A DNA stretch of 22,020 nucleotides. Origin: Chthoniobacterales bacterium. Its GTDB lineage: Bacteria; Verrucomicrobiota; Verrucomicrobiia; Chthoniobacterales; Chthoniobacteraceae. Positions 1 through 8,778 of this stretch are shown here, in pieces. How positions within the stretch are numbered: the first letter of the stretch is position 1; each line of letters begins with the position of its first letter. The DNA is taken from NCBI GenBank assembly GCA_038207335.1, contig JBBQZX010000042.1:1-22020 (forward strand), given 5' to 3'. Both the position numbers and the translations under genes were made by a program. Under the pieces are notes generated by a model. It ran no database searches. It saw only the letters and a list, made by a program, of their open reading frames with translations, and had not been told where the DNA came from.

Positions 1-119
1 CTGATTGTGGTCTGCAAGGCACTTCTCCTCCGCTTGGGCGCCCTTCGGTCCACCCACCGCCCAAATCTCTCCACAACTGCCGACGTTCTCGCCTTTAACC
101 GGGTATCTGGATTCGGCCG

Positions 120-138
120 TTCTTCAACAGCCTGTTAG
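120..138. mobile_element. Probable right terminal inverted repeat of an IS5/IS1182-like insertion sequence plus TTAG target site; the element body would lie left of the window
   Basis: TTCTTCAACAGCCTG|TTAG; the reverse complement CTAA-CAGGCTGTTGAAGAA resembles the CAGGCTGTTGAAAA ends I recall for IS5/IS1182-type elements with YTAR targets. No transposase or second end is in the window. Confidence 0.5.
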
Positions 139-143
139 GCGAC
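134..143 (+). other. Integron core site (R', GTTRRRY) marking the start of a putative gene cassette
   Basis: GTTAGGCGAC fits GTTRRRY and is the exact reverse complement of GTCGCCTAAC at 1475-1484, downstream of the enclosed gene. Confidence 0.6.
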
Positions 144-178
144 TTTCACGCACGAAACGTATCGGAATAATTCCAAGC

Positions 179-1381
179 ATGAAAACCCTGATCACATTGT
201 TTTTCATCAGCACGTGGGCCTCGCTTTCCCTCGCACAAGCCGCAACTGGCACTGCCGGAGCCGTCCCGCCGGCGAAGAACGGGGCTTTCGTCCATCCCGG
301 AATGCTCCACAACGAAGAGGACTTTAACCGGATGCGCGCTCATATCAGTGAGCAGCCGTGGAAAGATGGATGGGAACGACTGACGGCAAACAATCATGCC
401 TCGCTCCGCTACAAACCGCGTCCCGCCGCAAACATCGTCCGGGGCCGGGACAGGACTCATGTGGAGCCGGAGAATTACGGAGTGATGTTTAACGATGCCG
501 CGGCGGCTTATGCGCTGGCGTTGCGCTGGCGCATCTCGGGTGAGAAGCAATACGGGGACAAAGCCGTGGAAATACTGAATGCGTGGGGTGCCATTTTGAA
601 GCGAATCGGCGGCTCCACAGACGCAGCTCTGGCCGCAGGGATTTACGGCTATCAGTTTGCCAACGCTGCCGAGATCATGCGCACTTACCCGGGATGGAAG
701 CCCGAGGAGTTCGCCCGCTTTCAGAAGATGATGCTCGATGTCTTTTTGCCCATCAACCAGGACTTTCTGAAGCGTCACAACAATACCAAGATTGACCATT
801 ACTGGGCGAACTGGGACCTCTGCAACATGGCGTCGATGATGGCCATTGGCATTCTCTGCGATCAGCGGAGCCTCTATGATGAAGTGGTCGGCTATTACAA
901 AGACGGGAAGGGAAATGGCTGCATCAGGCAGGCCGTCTATTTCATCCACCCGGACGGCCTCGGCCAATGGCAGGAAGCCGGACGCGATCAAGGCCACACC
1001 GTCATGGGGATCGCCCTGGCCAGCGCCATTTGCGAAATGGCCTGGAAGCAAGGCGAGGACCTTTATGGTTTCGACGACAATCGTCTCCTCAAAGGCTGCG
1101 AGTATGTCGCCAAGTATAACCTCGGCGAAGAAGTTCCCTACAAGACCTACAAGAATAGTGACAAGACTCAAGAAGTGATCAGCGATACGGCGCGGGGCGA
1201 TTTGCGACCGGTGTGGGAGCTAGCCTACAACCACTATGTGAAACTCAAGAAACTCGCCGCGCCCTACACGACAAAAATGGCTGAGAAGGTGCGACCCGAA
1301 GGCGGCGGCGGAGATTACGGTCCGAACAGCGGCGGGTTCGATCAGCTCGGCTATGGCACATTAACGTCAACTCTCGAATGA
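179..1381 (+). CDS. Secreted alginate-lyase-family (PF05426-like) polysaccharide lyase; substrate uncertain
   Basis: ATG at 179 gives a Sec signal peptide (MKTLITLFFISTWASLSLAQA). Family motifs FVHPGMLH, DAAAAYALALRW, ANWDLCNM, QEAGRDQGH and GFDQLGYGTLT are present. Confidence 0.8.
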   Translation: MKTLITLFFISTWASLSLAQAATGTAGAVPPAKNGAFVHPGMLHNEEDFNRMRAHISEQPWKDGWERLTANNHASLRYKPRPAANIVRGRDRTHVEPENYGVMFNDAAAAYALALRWRISGEKQYGDKAVEILNAWGAILKRIGGSTDAALAAGIYGYQFANAAEIMRTYPGWKPEEFARFQKMMLDVFLPINQDFLKRHNNTKIDHYWANWDLCNMASMMAIGILCDQRSLYDEVVGYYKDGKGNGCIRQAVYFIHPDGLGQWQEAGRDQGHTVMGIALASAICEMAWKQGEDLYGFDDNRLLKGCEYVAKYNLGEEVPYKTYKNSDKTQEVISDTARGDLRPVWELAYNHYVKLKKLAAPYTTKMAEKVRPEGGGGDYGPNSGGFDQLGYGTLTSTLE

Positions 1382-1474
1382 GGCCCTTATCGCCAAACGT
1401 CATGGTCAGCCTTCGGACTATTTTCCGCGAGGGGCGTAATGATCGGTAATTCAACCAATGAGACAACCCACGGC

Positions 1475-1518
1475 GTCGCCTAACCATCGCTGCAGCGAAC
1501 GGCTCCAGGCTGCCTAAC
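1475..1518 (+). other. Degenerate or truncated attC site (left half: R'' and L'')
   Basis: GTCGCCTAAC-CATC-GCTGCAGC-GAACGGCTCC is RYYYAAC followed by an L''-like box. The spacer is 4 bp instead of the usual 5. A second GCCTAAC lies at 1512-1518. No L'/R' right arm is recognisable. Confidence 0.55.
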
Positions 1519-1567
1519 AAAAGCTGAAACCAGCAGTTCCCTGACAAGCCACGCTTTCACCGCTCGC

Positions 1568-4500
1568 ATGAAACTCCCCCGATTCCTCTCCGCCGTCGCC
1601 TTCGCACTTTCAATGAGTCTCTCCGCCTTCGGGACTCCGCCGGCTCTTTCGGATCAGGCGAGGTCTCTCTTTGATGGCAAGACGCTGGAGGGCTGGGAAG
1701 CGCCTCCGCCGATGCTTTGGAGCGTGCAGGATGGCTGCCTCACGGGGGGCGATGGGGAGAAGAAGATCCCCTACAACGATTTCCTCTGCACGAGGGGCTC
1801 CTATTCGAACTTCATCCTGCATCTGAAGATCAAGCTCACGGGCGATCCGAAGACGGGCTTCATCAATTCGGGCATCCAGATCCGCACGCAGCGCAACGCG
1901 ACGGGTCACGAAGTCTGCGGCTACCAGTGCGACTACGGGGAGCCGGAGTGGTATGCGGCGATCTACGACGAGGGCCGACGCAACCGGTTGATGGCGAAAT
2001 CGGACATGGAGGCGCTGCGTGCGGTGTTCAAGGTGTCTGATTGGAACGACTACGTGATCAAGGCGGACGGCGCGCACATCCAGACGTGGATCAACGGGGT
2101 GCAAGGCGTGGACTACGAGGAGATGGATGCGGACATCGCGAGCGACGGCATCATCGGCATCCAGGTGCATGGCGGCGGGAACACGCTGGTGCAGGTGAAG
2201 GAGGTGTTCATCGAGGAACTGCCGACGACGCCGGGCGCGCCGACTTGGAAATCGCTCGGCGGTGTGGATGGGCAGCGCGCTAAACTGAAGCCGCACGCCG
2301 AGGCGGTGGTGGCACCGAAGGTCGATGCTGGGCAGGCGATGGCGGCGATGAAAGAGTTCGAAGCCAGTGCGATCAAGCCACTCGGCGCTGACGGGAAGCC
2401 GCTGAATCTCGATTTTGAAACGGGCTCGCTCGATGGCTGGAAGGCGGAGGGCAGCGCGTGGGGAGGGCAGCCGATCAAGGGGGACACCGTGAAAGCGAGG
2501 AAACCGTCCGAGCAGAGCAATCACGCGGGGCAGTACTGGATCGGGGGCTTTGAAAAGGTGGGCGACAAAGGGACGGGCACGCTGACTTCGGCGACGTTCG
2601 AGGTCGCGCATCCGTGGGCGAGCTTTCTCGTCGGCGGCGGGAGGGATGCGAAGCTGACGCGCGTGGAAGTCGTCGATGAGGCGACGGGGAAAGTCATTCG
2701 CAGCGCAAGCGGCACCGACCGGGAAAACATGCGGCGTGAAGTCGTGGATCTTCAGGCCGACAAGGGAAAGCGCATCTTCGTGCGGGTCGTGGATGAAGGC
2801 ACGAGTGGCTGGGGGCATGTGAATTTCGACGACTTTGTTTTTCACGACAAAGCGCCGGTGGTGCCCCAGCCCGCAGTCGCCCCGGCGCCTGCGCCACAGG
2901 GAGCCGCGGCGAACAACGATCGCGCCGCGCGGCAGAAGGAAAGTCCGGTGCTGAAACACCTCGTCGCGAACCCGGCGAAGCCGACGGCGGTCGCGTGCGA
3001 GGATGCGCAAAAGGTCGTCTCCACGATGATGCTCACGCCGGGCTTTCAGGCGGAACTCATCGCTGCGGAACCCGACGTGCGGCAGCCGATCGCGTTTGCG
3101 ATGGATGAGCGCGGACGGCTGTGGGTCGCCGAGGCATACAGTTACCCGAGGAAACAGCCGGAGGGTCAGGGCAAGGATCGCATCACGATTTTCGAGGACG
3201 TGGATGGCGACGGAACTTTCAAAAAGCGCACGGTGTTCATCGAGGGGCTGAATCTCGTGAGCGGCATGGAGGTGGGTTTCGGCGGCGTGTGGGTCGGCGC
3301 TGCGCCGGAGTTGCTGTTCATTCCAAAGGACGCAAACGACAAGGCGGGCAAGCCGCAGGTGCTGCTCGATGGCTGGGGTTTTCAGGACACGCACGAGACG
3401 CTGAACAGCTTTTGCTGGGGACCGGACGGCTGGCTTTATGGCAACCAGGGAGTGTTCACTTCGTCGCGCATCGGCAAGCCCGGCACGCCCGACGAGCAGC
3501 GCGTGCCGCTGCACTCCGGCGTGTGGCGCTATCATCCGGTGCGGCACGAGTTCGAGATTTTCGCGCACGGCGGGAGCAACCAGTGGGGCCTCGACTTCAA
3601 CGAAGCCGGCCATCTTTTCATGACGCACTGCCGAAGCTTCTACGGCGGTGGCGGCACGACGCACGTCATTCGCAACGGCCATTTCTGGAATCAGGCGAAC
3701 AATGGCTATGCCCCGTTCATCTCGAATTCCGGGCCCGACTTTGCGCCTGACTTGAAAAACTTCCTGCCCGCCTCCGCGCGCTACGACGACGGCGCGGGCG
3801 GCGCGGGCGCGCCAGGCAGCGATGCGATCTACGGCGGCCATTCGCACGCCGGCACGATGATCTATCTCGGCGACAACTGGCCCGACGAATACCGCAACCA
3901 TCTTTTTACGAACAATCTGTTCGGGCATCAGATGAACCATCAGGTCAACGAGCGCAGCGGCTCCGGCTACGAGACGAAGCCCGCGGGATTCGACATGCTG
4001 CTCGCGCCCGACCCGCGCTACATGGCCGTGGATTTGCAGACCGGGCCGGACGGGGCGGTGTATGTCATCGACTGGTGCGACCTCCAGCACTGCCATAATC
4101 CCGCGGAGGAAAAATGGGATCGCACGAATGGCCGCATCTACCGAATCTCGTGGGCGAAGACTTGGCACCCGGTGAAGGTGAACCTTGGCACGAAGAGCGA
4201 CCTCGAGTTGGCGCAACTCCAGACGCAGCACAACGACTGGTATTCGCGCGCTGCGCGGCAGCTTCTACAGGAGCGTTCGGCGAAAGGAACTGTGGACGCA
4301 GAAGCCGTGCAATCGCTGACACAGCTCGCCGCGAAATCACCGAACTACGCGCATGTCCTGCGCGCGCTGTGGACGCTACACGTCATCGGCGCGCTCGACG
4401 ACGCGACGCTCAATGCCGCACTGAAGCACAGCGACGATCGCGTGCGTGCGTGGGCCATCCAGCTCGCGACCGAGCGCGCGGGAAAGACACGCATCCCGAA

Positions 4501-5860
4501 TGAAACGCTCACGCAACTCGCGGTGAACGATCCCTCGCCCACGGTGCGACTCGCGCTCGCGTCGGCGCTGCCCGAGCTGTCCGCGGACGCCTGCTGGAGC
4601 GTGAGCGCCGCACTTGCCGCACACGGCGAGGATGCCAGGGATCGCTTTCTGCCGAAGATGATCTGGTTCGGTCTCGGCAATGTCATCGGCAACGACTTCG
4701 CACGCGGTCTTGCCCTCGCCGACAAGACTCCGCTACCGACGCTCGCCAACTCGATCCACTGGTTTGCAGCCGCGCAGCCGCAGGGCCGCGAACTGCTCGC
4801 CGAGCGTATCGTAAAGGACGCCGACGACACCGCCGAGCGCGAGCTGCGCATCCTTGTGTTTGGTTTGAAAAACGAAGCCACGGCGTCGATGCCGAAGTCG
4901 TGGCCGCAGGTGCAGAAGCGATTCGCGAATGCGAGCACAGCGGAGCTCTCCGCGCTCTTCGGCGATAAGTCGATCATCGCCGCCACCCGCGCGACGCTCG
5001 CCGATGCGAAGGCACCCATCGCGCAACGCAGCGCCGCATTCGATTTGCTCAAGCGCATCGGCGACACCGAGGCGACTCCGATTTTCGCGACGCTGCTCGA
5101 CTTGGATCAGTTCCGCTCCGTCGTCATCCCGCTGCTCTCGCGCAGCAACGATCCCGCGACCGCCACAGCGCTGATCCAGCGTTACGCGAAGTTCAGCGAC
5201 ACCGACCGCAGCGCCGCGCTCACCACCCTCACCAGCCGCGCCACGCTCGCCACGCCGCTTCTGCACGCACTGGAGAACGGCACGTTTGACCGAAACGAGA
5301 TCGGCTCCTTTCAAGTCCGCCAACTGCGCAACCTCCGCGATCCGGCGCTCGACAAACTCCTCGACAAGACGTGGGGCAAAGTCACCGAATCCTCCGCCGA
5401 GATGAAGGCCACGATCGCGCGTCTTCAAAAGGCCTACCAGGAAGCGCCGCTGTGGGCGTTCGACGCAAACGCCGGCAAAGAAACCTTCCAGCAAGTGTGC
5501 GCCGTGTGTCACTCGATGAATGGCGTCGGCGGAAAGCTCGGCCCCGACCTCGCCGGCTCGTGGCGCAACGGGCTGCCCTATTTCCTCGAAAACATCGTGG
5601 ATCCAAATGCGGTGGTCGGTGAAAATTTCCAACTGCACGTCGTGACGAAAAAGGACGGCACCGTGCTCTCCGGTTTGCTCGAACAGGAAACCGGCACCGC
5701 GCTCACGCTGCGGACGCTCGCGGAGCCCGTGATTGTGGCAAAGGCCGACATCAAGGATCATCAGAAGCTCGCGCAATCGCTGATGCCTCCCGGAATGCTG
5801 GAGGCATTGCCGGAACGGAAGGCGATCGAGCTGCTAAAATTCCTCACGAGCAAGCAGTGA
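1568..5860 (+). CDS. Large exported PVC-type protein: DUF1080 (3-keto-disaccharide hydrolase-like) + putative carbohydrate-binding jelly roll + membrane-bound dehydrogenase beta-propeller + HEAT repeats + C-terminal CxxCH cytochrome c
   Basis: Signal peptide; SLFDGKTLEGW..NSGIQIR..GYQCD..WNDYVI..GIIGIQVH (DUF1080); NLDFETGSLDGW..GWGHVNFDDF; GFQAELIAAEP..DERGRLWVAE..WGPDGWLYG..GRIYRI; HEAT-like repeats; CAVCH..GPDL..SLMPPG. Confidence 0.9.
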   Translation: MKLPRFLSAVAFALSMSLSAFGTPPALSDQARSLFDGKTLEGWEAPPPMLWSVQDGCLTGGDGEKKIPYNDFLCTRGSYSNFILHLKIKLTGDPKTGFINSGIQIRTQRNATGHEVCGYQCDYGEPEWYAAIYDEGRRNRLMAKSDMEALRAVFKVSDWNDYVIKADGAHIQTWINGVQGVDYEEMDADIASDGIIGIQVHGGGNTLVQVKEVFIEELPTTPGAPTWKSLGGVDGQRAKLKPHAEAVVAPKVDAGQAMAAMKEFEASAIKPLGADGKPLNLDFETGSLDGWKAEGSAWGGQPIKGDTVKARKPSEQSNHAGQYWIGGFEKVGDKGTGTLTSATFEVAHPWASFLVGGGRDAKLTRVEVVDEATGKVIRSASGTDRENMRREVVDLQADKGKRIFVRVVDEGTSGWGHVNFDDFVFHDKAPVVPQPAVAPAPAPQGAAANNDRAARQKESPVLKHLVANPAKPTAVACEDAQKVVSTMMLTPGFQAELIAAEPDVRQPIAFAMDERGRLWVAEAYSYPRKQPEGQGKDRITIFEDVDGDGTFKKRTVFIEGLNLVSGMEVGFGGVWVGAAPELLFIPKDANDKAGKPQVLLDGWGFQDTHETLNSFCWGPDGWLYGNQGVFTSSRIGKPGTPDEQRVPLHSGVWRYHPVRHEFEIFAHGGSNQWGLDFNEAGHLFMTHCRSFYGGGGTTHVIRNGHFWNQANNGYAPFISNSGPDFAPDLKNFLPASARYDDGAGGAGAPGSDAIYGGHSHAGTMIYLGDNWPDEYRNHLFTNNLFGHQMNHQVNERSGSGYETKPAGFDMLLAPDPRYMAVDLQTGPDGAVYVIDWCDLQHCHNPAEEKWDRTNGRIYRISWAKTWHPVKVNLGTKSDLELAQLQTQHNDWYSRAARQLLQERSAKGTVDAEAVQSLTQLAAKSPNYAHVLRALWTLHVIGALDDATLNAALKHSDDRVRAWAIQLATERAGKTRIPNETLTQLAVNDPSPTVRLALASALPELSADACWSVSAALAAHGEDARDRFLPKMIWFGLGNVIGNDFARGLALADKTPLPTLANSIHWFAAAQPQGRELLAERIVKDADDTAERELRILVFGLKNEATASMPKSWPQVQKRFANASTAELSALFGDKSIIAATRATLADAKAPIAQRSAAFDLLKRIGDTEATPIFATLLDLDQFRSVVIPLLSRSNDPATATALIQRYAKFSDTDRSAALTTLTSRATLATPLLHALENGTFDRNEIGSFQVRQLRNLRDPALDKLLDKTWGKVTESSAEMKATIARLQKAYQEAPLWAFDANAGKETFQQVCAVCHSMNGVGGKLGPDLAGSWRNGLPYFLENIVDPNAVVGENFQLHVVTKKDGTVLSGLLEQETGTALTLRTLAEPVIVAKADIKDHQKLAQSLMPPGMLEALPERKAIELLKFLTSKQ

Positions 5861-6115
5861 CCGCCATCAACGCGGCCGTCTTAGTGCGCCACCAGCTTTT
5901 CACCAAGAACTTGTGACCGACGGCGACGGCGACGTTCGCAAGTCCGGCCCTAGATCGGAAGTTCGGTGCACAGCAAGAAACTCGCGGCGGAACGGAAGTC
6001 AGGATTCTTCCCCGTTCGCCAAAACAAAATCGGCGTGCTGCCAGCAGCGGCTCGCGAAGCGATTCCAGTAAAGAAAAGTCGTCGCGCCGCCACTGCTCAT
6101 GTGAGATTCGACTCG

Positions 6116-7813
6116 ATGACTGCCGCTGAAAAGGACGATCAATTTTACCGCGACACGGAAGCGGTCGCGTTTGTCAAAATCGACGATCACCAGCTCGCGT
6201 TGCTGGAGCCGCTCGGGACGAGGCGGGTGCTGAAGCGAGACGAGATGATCTTCAAAGCGGGGCAGCGCGATTTCAAATTCGCCGTGGTCTTGAGTGGCGA
6301 GCTCGAGGTCTTTGAGGCGCGCGACGGACGCGAGCAAATCCTCGCCACGCCGGGCCCTCGCGATTTCGTCGGCGACGTCTCGATGCTCACGGGCACGTCG
6401 GCGCTCGCCAGTGCGCGCGGCAAAGCCGAGGAATCGGAGATTCTCGAAATCCCCGCCGCGGAGCTGCGCCGGGCGCTCGCGGAACTGCCGGGCGTGGGCG
6501 AGCCGATCGTGAGCGCATTCATCATGCGGCGCGCCCGGTTGCTGCGCGATGGCGAGTTTGCGGGCCTGCGCGTCGTCGCGGCGGGAGGCTCGCGCGACGG
6601 GCATCATCTCGATGACTTCCTGGAAAAGAATCACATCCCGCATCGGCTGATCGCGTTTGAAAGTGAGGAAGCTCGCGAGGTCTGTGCGCGCTTGAATCTG
6701 CACGAGCGCGACCTGCCCGCGCTGATCACGCCGAATGGCGCGCCGCTGCGGCGGCCGTCGCTCCGCGAGGTGGCGCAAGTCGCTGGCCTGCTCCGGCCGC
6801 TGGCACAGGGAGATGAAAGCGAAATCAGGTGCGACGTCGCGATCGTCGGCGCGGGACCGGCGGGACTTTCCGCCGCGCTCAATGCCGCGTCCGAAGGATT
6901 GAAAACAGTCGTCGTGGAAAGTTATGCGCCGGGGGGGCAGGCCGGCTCCTCGTCGCTCATCGAGAATTTCTTCGGCTTTCCCACTGGCATCAGCGGCGGC
7001 GAGCTGACGAACCTCGCCCAGCTCCAGGCCTTCCGCTTCGGCGCGAAATTCTCCACGCCCGCGCAGGCGCTTTCGCTCGGTTTCCACGAAGGCGAACATC
7101 CCGCAGCACTGCAAATCGACGGTTGCGGCGCGACGCTGAGGGCGAAGTGCGTCGTCATCGCCACGGGCGCGGACTACAATCGCATCGACGCCGAGGGGCG
7201 CGAGCGCTTCGAGGGGATCGGTGTTTTCTACGCAGCCACTGCGCTTGAAAGACAGCTCTGCCGCAACTCGACGGTCATCGTCGCGGGCGGTGGAAATTCC
7301 GCCGGACAAGCAGCCATGTTTCTCTCCGAGAGCGCGGAAAAAGTGCTGCTCGTCATACGCGGCGACGATCTTTCCAAAAGCATGTCGAGCTACCTCTCGC
7401 GCCGGGTGGAGACCAAGCCAAATATCGAAATTCTGTGCCACACGGAGATCCGGCGAATGAGCGGCGAGAAGCGGTTGGAGACGGTGGAACTCGAATGCAC
7501 CAAGACCGGCGCGTGGCGCACCGTCCCAACTCAGGCCGTCTTCTCGATGATCGGCGCGAAGCCCTGCACGAGTTGGCTGCCGCCGGAGATCGAGCGGGAC
7601 GAAAGAGGCTTCATCCGAACGGGCCCAGCCGTCGCGGAGGCGCCTGCATGGAGAACCTCCACCCGCGCCCCGGGAGCGCTGGAGACGAGCCGTCCCGGCG
7701 TTTTCGCAGCGGGCGATGTGCGTTCCGGCTCGGTGAAGCGCTGCGCCGCCGCCGTCGGTGAAGGCGGGATGGCCGTGGAGAACGTGCACCAGGCGCTCGG
7801 GACCTACACGTGA
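6116..7813 (+). CDS. Cyclic-nucleotide-binding-domain / thioredoxin-reductase-like FAD oxidoreductase
   Basis: N-terminal cNMP-fold segment (IFKAGQ..VVLSGELEV..FVGDVSML), FAD motif IVGAGPAGLSAA, GGQAG, VIATGA, NAD(P)H motif GGGNSAG, TSRPGVFAAGDV. ATG 6116 preferred over upstream GTG 5966. Confidence 0.9.
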   Translation: MTAAEKDDQFYRDTEAVAFVKIDDHQLALLEPLGTRRVLKRDEMIFKAGQRDFKFAVVLSGELEVFEARDGREQILATPGPRDFVGDVSMLTGTSALASARGKAEESEILEIPAAELRRALAELPGVGEPIVSAFIMRRARLLRDGEFAGLRVVAAGGSRDGHHLDDFLEKNHIPHRLIAFESEEAREVCARLNLHERDLPALITPNGAPLRRPSLREVAQVAGLLRPLAQGDESEIRCDVAIVGAGPAGLSAALNAASEGLKTVVVESYAPGGQAGSSSLIENFFGFPTGISGGELTNLAQLQAFRFGAKFSTPAQALSLGFHEGEHPAALQIDGCGATLRAKCVVIATGADYNRIDAEGRERFEGIGVFYAATALERQLCRNSTVIVAGGGNSAGQAAMFLSESAEKVLLVIRGDDLSKSMSSYLSRRVETKPNIEILCHTEIRRMSGEKRLETVELECTKTGAWRTVPTQAVFSMIGAKPCTSWLPPEIERDERGFIRTGPAVAEAPAWRTSTRAPGALETSRPGVFAAGDVRSGSVKRCAAAVGEGGMAVENVHQALGTYT

Positions 7814-7830
7814 GCGCCACGGCGAGACAA

Positions 7831-8751
7831 ATGAATCATCCCAAACCCGACCAGATTGCGGGACTCCTGTACGGTTCCCTCGTCGCCGACTCGCTCGCAC
7901 TCGGCGCGCATTGGATTTACGATCAGGAGGAATTCCGGCGCGATTTCGGGCGCGTGACAGACTGTCTCGATCCGGACGCCGACTCGTATCATCCGACGAA
8001 AAAGCGCGGCCAGCAGACGCATTACGGCGACCAGGCCCTGACGCTCATGGCCTCGATCGAGGCGCGCGGCGGCTTCGACTTCGAGGGCTTCGTGCAAGAC
8101 TGGCAGCAGATGTGGGAAGGCTATCCCGACTACTTCGACCATGCGACGAAAGAGACCCTGAAGCATCTCCGCGCCTGTATCGCGACGGCGGAGGCGGCGT
8201 CGAAATCAAACGAACTCGGCGGCGCGGCGCGCATCGCTCCACTGCTCGCGCGGATGGGCGGTGACTCAATCGAAAGGGCCGTCGCCGCAGCGCGCGAGCA
8301 AACCTCCCTGACCCACGGAGCGACGATCGCGGGCGACGCCGCGGAATTCCTCACGCGCATCGTTTTCGCCCTCCTCGCCGGCGCGGACGTGCCCATGAGC
8401 ATCGAGGCAGCAGCAACCGCGACTTACGCCGAACTCGACGTGCGCGCGATGTTGCAGCGAGTGGAAGCAAGCCTGTCTCTCGATACCGCCGCCGCAGCCA
8501 AATCGCTCGGCCTCGCCTGCCCCGCCCCGCAGGCGCTCCCCACCCTGCTCATGCTTCTCGCCCGCTACGGCCACGACCTTGAGACCGCGCTGATCGAAAA
8601 CGTGAACGCCGGCGGCGACAACGCCGCCCGCGCCCTTGCCCTCGGCATGATCCTCGGCGCACAGCATGGGCAGTCACGAATCCCAGCCCGCTGGCTCTCC
8701 AGCCTCGAAGCCGCGCCCCGCGTCGAAACCTTTTTGCAAAGCCTCCCGTAG
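7831..8751 (+). CDS. ADP-ribosylglycohydrolase / J1-crystallin family protein
   Basis: GSLVADSLALGAHWIYD, HYGDQ, GGAARIAPL, TSLTH, AGGDNAARALALGMILGA, IPARWL. An alternative GTG start at 7810 overlaps the upstream stop (GTGA). Confidence 0.85.
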   Translation: MNHPKPDQIAGLLYGSLVADSLALGAHWIYDQEEFRRDFGRVTDCLDPDADSYHPTKKRGQQTHYGDQALTLMASIEARGGFDFEGFVQDWQQMWEGYPDYFDHATKETLKHLRACIATAEAASKSNELGGAARIAPLLARMGGDSIERAVAAAREQTSLTHGATIAGDAAEFLTRIVFALLAGADVPMSIEAAATATYAELDVRAMLQRVEASLSLDTAAAAKSLGLACPAPQALPTLLMLLARYGHDLETALIENVNAGGDNAARALALGMILGAQHGQSRIPARWLSSLEAAPRVETFLQSLP

Positions 8752-8778
8752 CGCGCACCGATAGACCTTCCACTCATC

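Noticed and set aside
5..178. N-terminal extension of the lyase ORF from GTG 5
   Set aside because: The signal peptide begins at ATG 179, and the extension runs through the IS-end/core-site sequence.
5918..6020. (CGACGG)2CGACG microrepeat and an imperfect hairpin at 5986-6020 as a terminator
   Set aside because: The repeat is short and expected at this GC content; the hairpin lacks a clear 3' U-tract on either strand.
1610..7900. Long antisense ORFs (1610..4231, 4733..5776 and 5999..7900 on the - strand)
   Set aside because: Shadow frames of well-supported + strand genes in high-GC DNA; Arg-rich with no recognisable motifs.
7831..8751. Nitrogenase regulator DraG
   Set aside because: No draT or nif genes in the window, and the DraG metal-binding motifs are altered.
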